From NCBI GenBank assembly GCA_010015585.1, contig ML975155.1: DNA of 64,000 bases. One strand, given 5' to 3'. Positions within the stretch are counted from its first letter, which is position 1, and every line of letters begins with the position of its first letter. This DNA is from Eremomyces bilateralis CBS 781.70 (Eukaryota). The notes below the pieces were generated by a model. That model was not told the origin of the DNA. It saw only the letters and a list, made by a program, of their open reading frames with translations, and searched no databases. A program made the position numbers and the translations under genes. Of the stretch, positions 61,201 through 64,000 are shown piece by piece.

Positions 61201-63516
61201 TCAATGCATGTCATTCAGGAGCCACCGGGCGCAGAGCGACCTCGGGTTTCTTAATGGCTTCTTCCCTGGAGCGTTTTTTGGCATTTGACTGGACTTTTGC
61301 TCCCGAGGCACCTTGCCCGTCTCGAGCAGCAACTTGACCACGGCGTCGTATCCGTTCCAGGCCGCCCTCGATAGCGGCGTCCGGCCGTCCTTGTCCTCCG
61401 AGTCAGCGTCGACCTTGCCCGTCTCTAGCAGCAGCTTGACCACGGCGGCGTGTCCGTTCCCGGCCGCTCGCAACAGCAGCGTCCGACCGATATTGTCCTT
61501 CGAGTCGGCATCGACCTTGCCCGTCTTGAGCAGCAGCTTGACTACGGCGGTGTGCTCGCTCCCGACCGCCCGCCACAGCGGCGTTTGACCGGAGTTGTCC
61601 GCCGAGTCGGCATCGATCTTGCGCGTCTCGAGCAGCAGCTTGACCACGGCGGCGTGTCCGTTCCTAGCCGCCCGCGACAGCAGCGTCTGACCGGAGTTGT
61701 CCTTCGAGTCGGTGTCGACCTTGCCGGCCTCGAGCAGCAGCTTGACCACGGCCTCGTGCCCGTTCACGGCCGCCCGCGACAGCGGCGTCTGGCCGGAGCA
61801 GTCCTTCAAGTCCGGATCAACATCATCCCTCGCAAGAAGCATGCGTACTACCGCATCATCTCCATTCTCTGCAACCCATAATAGCGGTACCTGGCTGCAC
61901 TCGCATTCTGTGGAATGCGGGTGCTTTTTCCCAACAGCTACCTGAAAGAACTCTGTTGCCTTTTTTCTCTTTTCTTCTGCTTCGCTGAATGCTCCTATGT
62001 CTCCTAATATCTGTACAACGTTCCATGTTCGGATAACATTATCTATATCGTTCTCTAACTTTATCATTGTATGTTGCGACTGCAAATCATTTGTTCGCAT
62101 GAATGCATCGTGTTGACTAGAATCCTGTATATCCTGAAGGGAGGTTTCCCAGTCCCAAATAAGAAGAAAATCGCGTATGAAAGATGCCGATTGCGCAAGT
62201 TCCGACCACTCAACATCATTATTCTTTGCATGTATGTGCTTCGGAGGTACGGCCGCGATTACAACAACTGTAAAATGATCCCCCCGTAATCTGACGATCG
62301 TGGGCATTAAGGCTCCTCGCAACAGACATATCAGGTCTCCGTTTTGAATGGATTTGGCCGAGGTCTGCAGAAGCCAACTAGCGCTCCCACTTATTCCACA
62401 CCCTGGTGATGTCTTGATTATGGCTTTCACATTTTGTCTACCACCCGAAACATTGTTGATACCTACCGTTGCCACCTTGCCAAGTACACAGCCCTTGCTC
62501 TTAATAACCGCCGTCTCCTTTTCGTTCCAGGTATCAACGGAGACATGATCACTAAGAAGGAACTTGACCACGCGCTGCATAAGCACCCTCCACGGAAGAC
62601 TATAGTCAGGCTCTAGGCCAGCTGTACTTAAATCGTCCGAGCACATGCCGAGCAAGGCATATACCTTGTCGTGGCGTTTCGTTGCCTGATGGGAATGGTA
62701 CATATCAATGAGCTCGCCTAGAGAACAAATATCTAGCGAGAGTATCCCCTGCTTTCGCGACATATTCCTAGACCGGAATATTGCTCCTCGGATCAAGAAG
62801 GCAACTTGACTCGTGGAGAATTTGAAGCCTGCACCTAAAACGTCTAGACCTGAGCAGAAGGCATGACCATCAATCTCTATAGAACCACATATGATCAGAA
62901 TATGTCGGGCTGCTGCCATTTCTTGCAGAACCTTAAACAGTATTTAGTCTATCCGAATATTGGCATTTAAGCTTTAGTGGCTTACCCAAATTCGCCGAAA
63001 CCATGGCCGTTGAAGCAGTTGCAGAAATGCCGTTTGGTCTAATTCTGTGTTTGATATCCTTGCAGTGGTCTCGCCTGTGAGACGTATTGCCTCAAGCGCT
63101 CGATCGCTATCGTTCTCAGCCTCCCCAAGCCAAACAACTACACGGTGTGCTTTGGCGTAAATCTCTGCCATTAACGGGATCTGATCTTCTTTTTCCTTAT
63201 CATTTGCTTGGTCGATGCAAATAGCATCTATCCAGATGATTCGAGAACAGCCATGGTCTCGGAGATGTAGAAGCGCCGTGTAGAGATTTTGCGTAACATC
63301 CAAACTTTGGTTATCGATAATGATGGTCTGTGGTTTGTCCTCGCTGCCCCAAACGTACGATAGTGCTTCGTAAGGATGAGATGGTTTATTTGAGTTTCGT
63401 AAGCGATAATCGAAGAGTTCGCATCGTAAGCTCTTTGCGTCCTTTTCGCTTGGTAGCAGTCGAAGGAGGCGGATGCTGGTGGGTAGCGAAAGCTGAGAAT
63501 AACGATATTCCGACAT
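61201..63516 (-). CDS. HET-domain protein with C-terminal ankyrin repeats; intron 62932-62985
   Basis: IRLLRL, YEALSYVWG, WIDAICIDQ, MAEIY..A..V.VWLG and PWFRRIW/VLQE motifs, followed by GQTPLSRAA.NGH repeats. Confidence 0.93.
61310..61810 (-). repeat. Tandem array of ~5 highly similar 102-bp ankyrin-coding units
   Basis: Recurring cagcagcttgaccacggc / gagtcggcatcgaccttgcc blocks at 102-nt period (34-aa units), with GC content visibly higher than the rest of the gene. Confidence 0.9.
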
Positions 63517-64000
63517 GATGTTGGAGTCAACATGGCGAGTGGAGAACTTGAATTCTTCTTCTATCTTCTTCTAGCGCTCGATTCAGCTAGAGCTCTACTA
63601 CCAGGCTGGAGACTTGAGTCGAGCCACTCGCTTCATTTGCACTCGCTCGCCAAGGACTCGCTCGATGCTCGCTCAAGATTCGTAGCGAGTCTCCCGCTAA
63701 TCCTCTTCCATACTAGTCTACCAATCTTGCTGGACTTGGACCCCAGATTTGCTCGTTATGGCTATAAAACCATATGAATTACATAGCAATGACGGCTTCA
63801 TGTCGAAATTCGATGTTCATTGCTCATGTTACAAATGTACAGTAGCTCAAAACCGAAATTCAAGTCTGTGTCTTGGTCCGGTTTCACCAAAAGTCCGTGA
63901 GATTTCAAGAAAACGAGATTCCGATCATGGAAAACATCAATATGGCATCGTATACAGACTCGTACTCCTCGACCTCGTCGTCTGAGACCCCATATACCAC

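Noticed and set aside
55769..63516. P450, carrier and HET gene as a secondary-metabolite cluster
   Set aside because: No backbone enzyme in the window, and the neighbours are housekeeping genes (FMN1, mitochondrial carrier).
63610..63700. Repeated CTCGCT motifs upstream of the HET gene
   Set aside because: Irregular low-complexity sequence with no TIR/TSD or defined period.

Overview
This is a gene-dense window from a filamentous ascomycete. Short ~50-nt GT-AG introns with CTRAY branch points and the gene set point to Pezizomycotina, possibly Eurotiomycetes. Housekeeping genes: RIF1 (runs off the left edge), a PNPOx-like/FNR oxidoreductase, an acyl-CoA dehydrogenase, Rsm1/Pml39, MET22, MRPL6, KAR5, DPH2, HBS1, a Tco89-like gene, acuK/ERT1, FMN1 and a mitochondrial oxoglutarate/malate carrier. 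Accessory content: a GH43 hydrolase, a Soa1-type MFS plus TauD dioxygenase pair, a DHA1 MFS, a P450, a HET-ankyrin gene, two pseudogene fragments and a 491-bp non-autonomous hAT element (18-bp TIRs, 8-bp TSD). Most notable: a frame-preserving cassette exon in HBS1 carrying Ski7-type motifs, an apparent non-canonical GA-AG intron in the TauD gene, the hAT element, and a conserved 102-bp ankyrin repeat array fused to a HET domain with no NACHT domain. All product calls come from motif recognition only; no database search was run.
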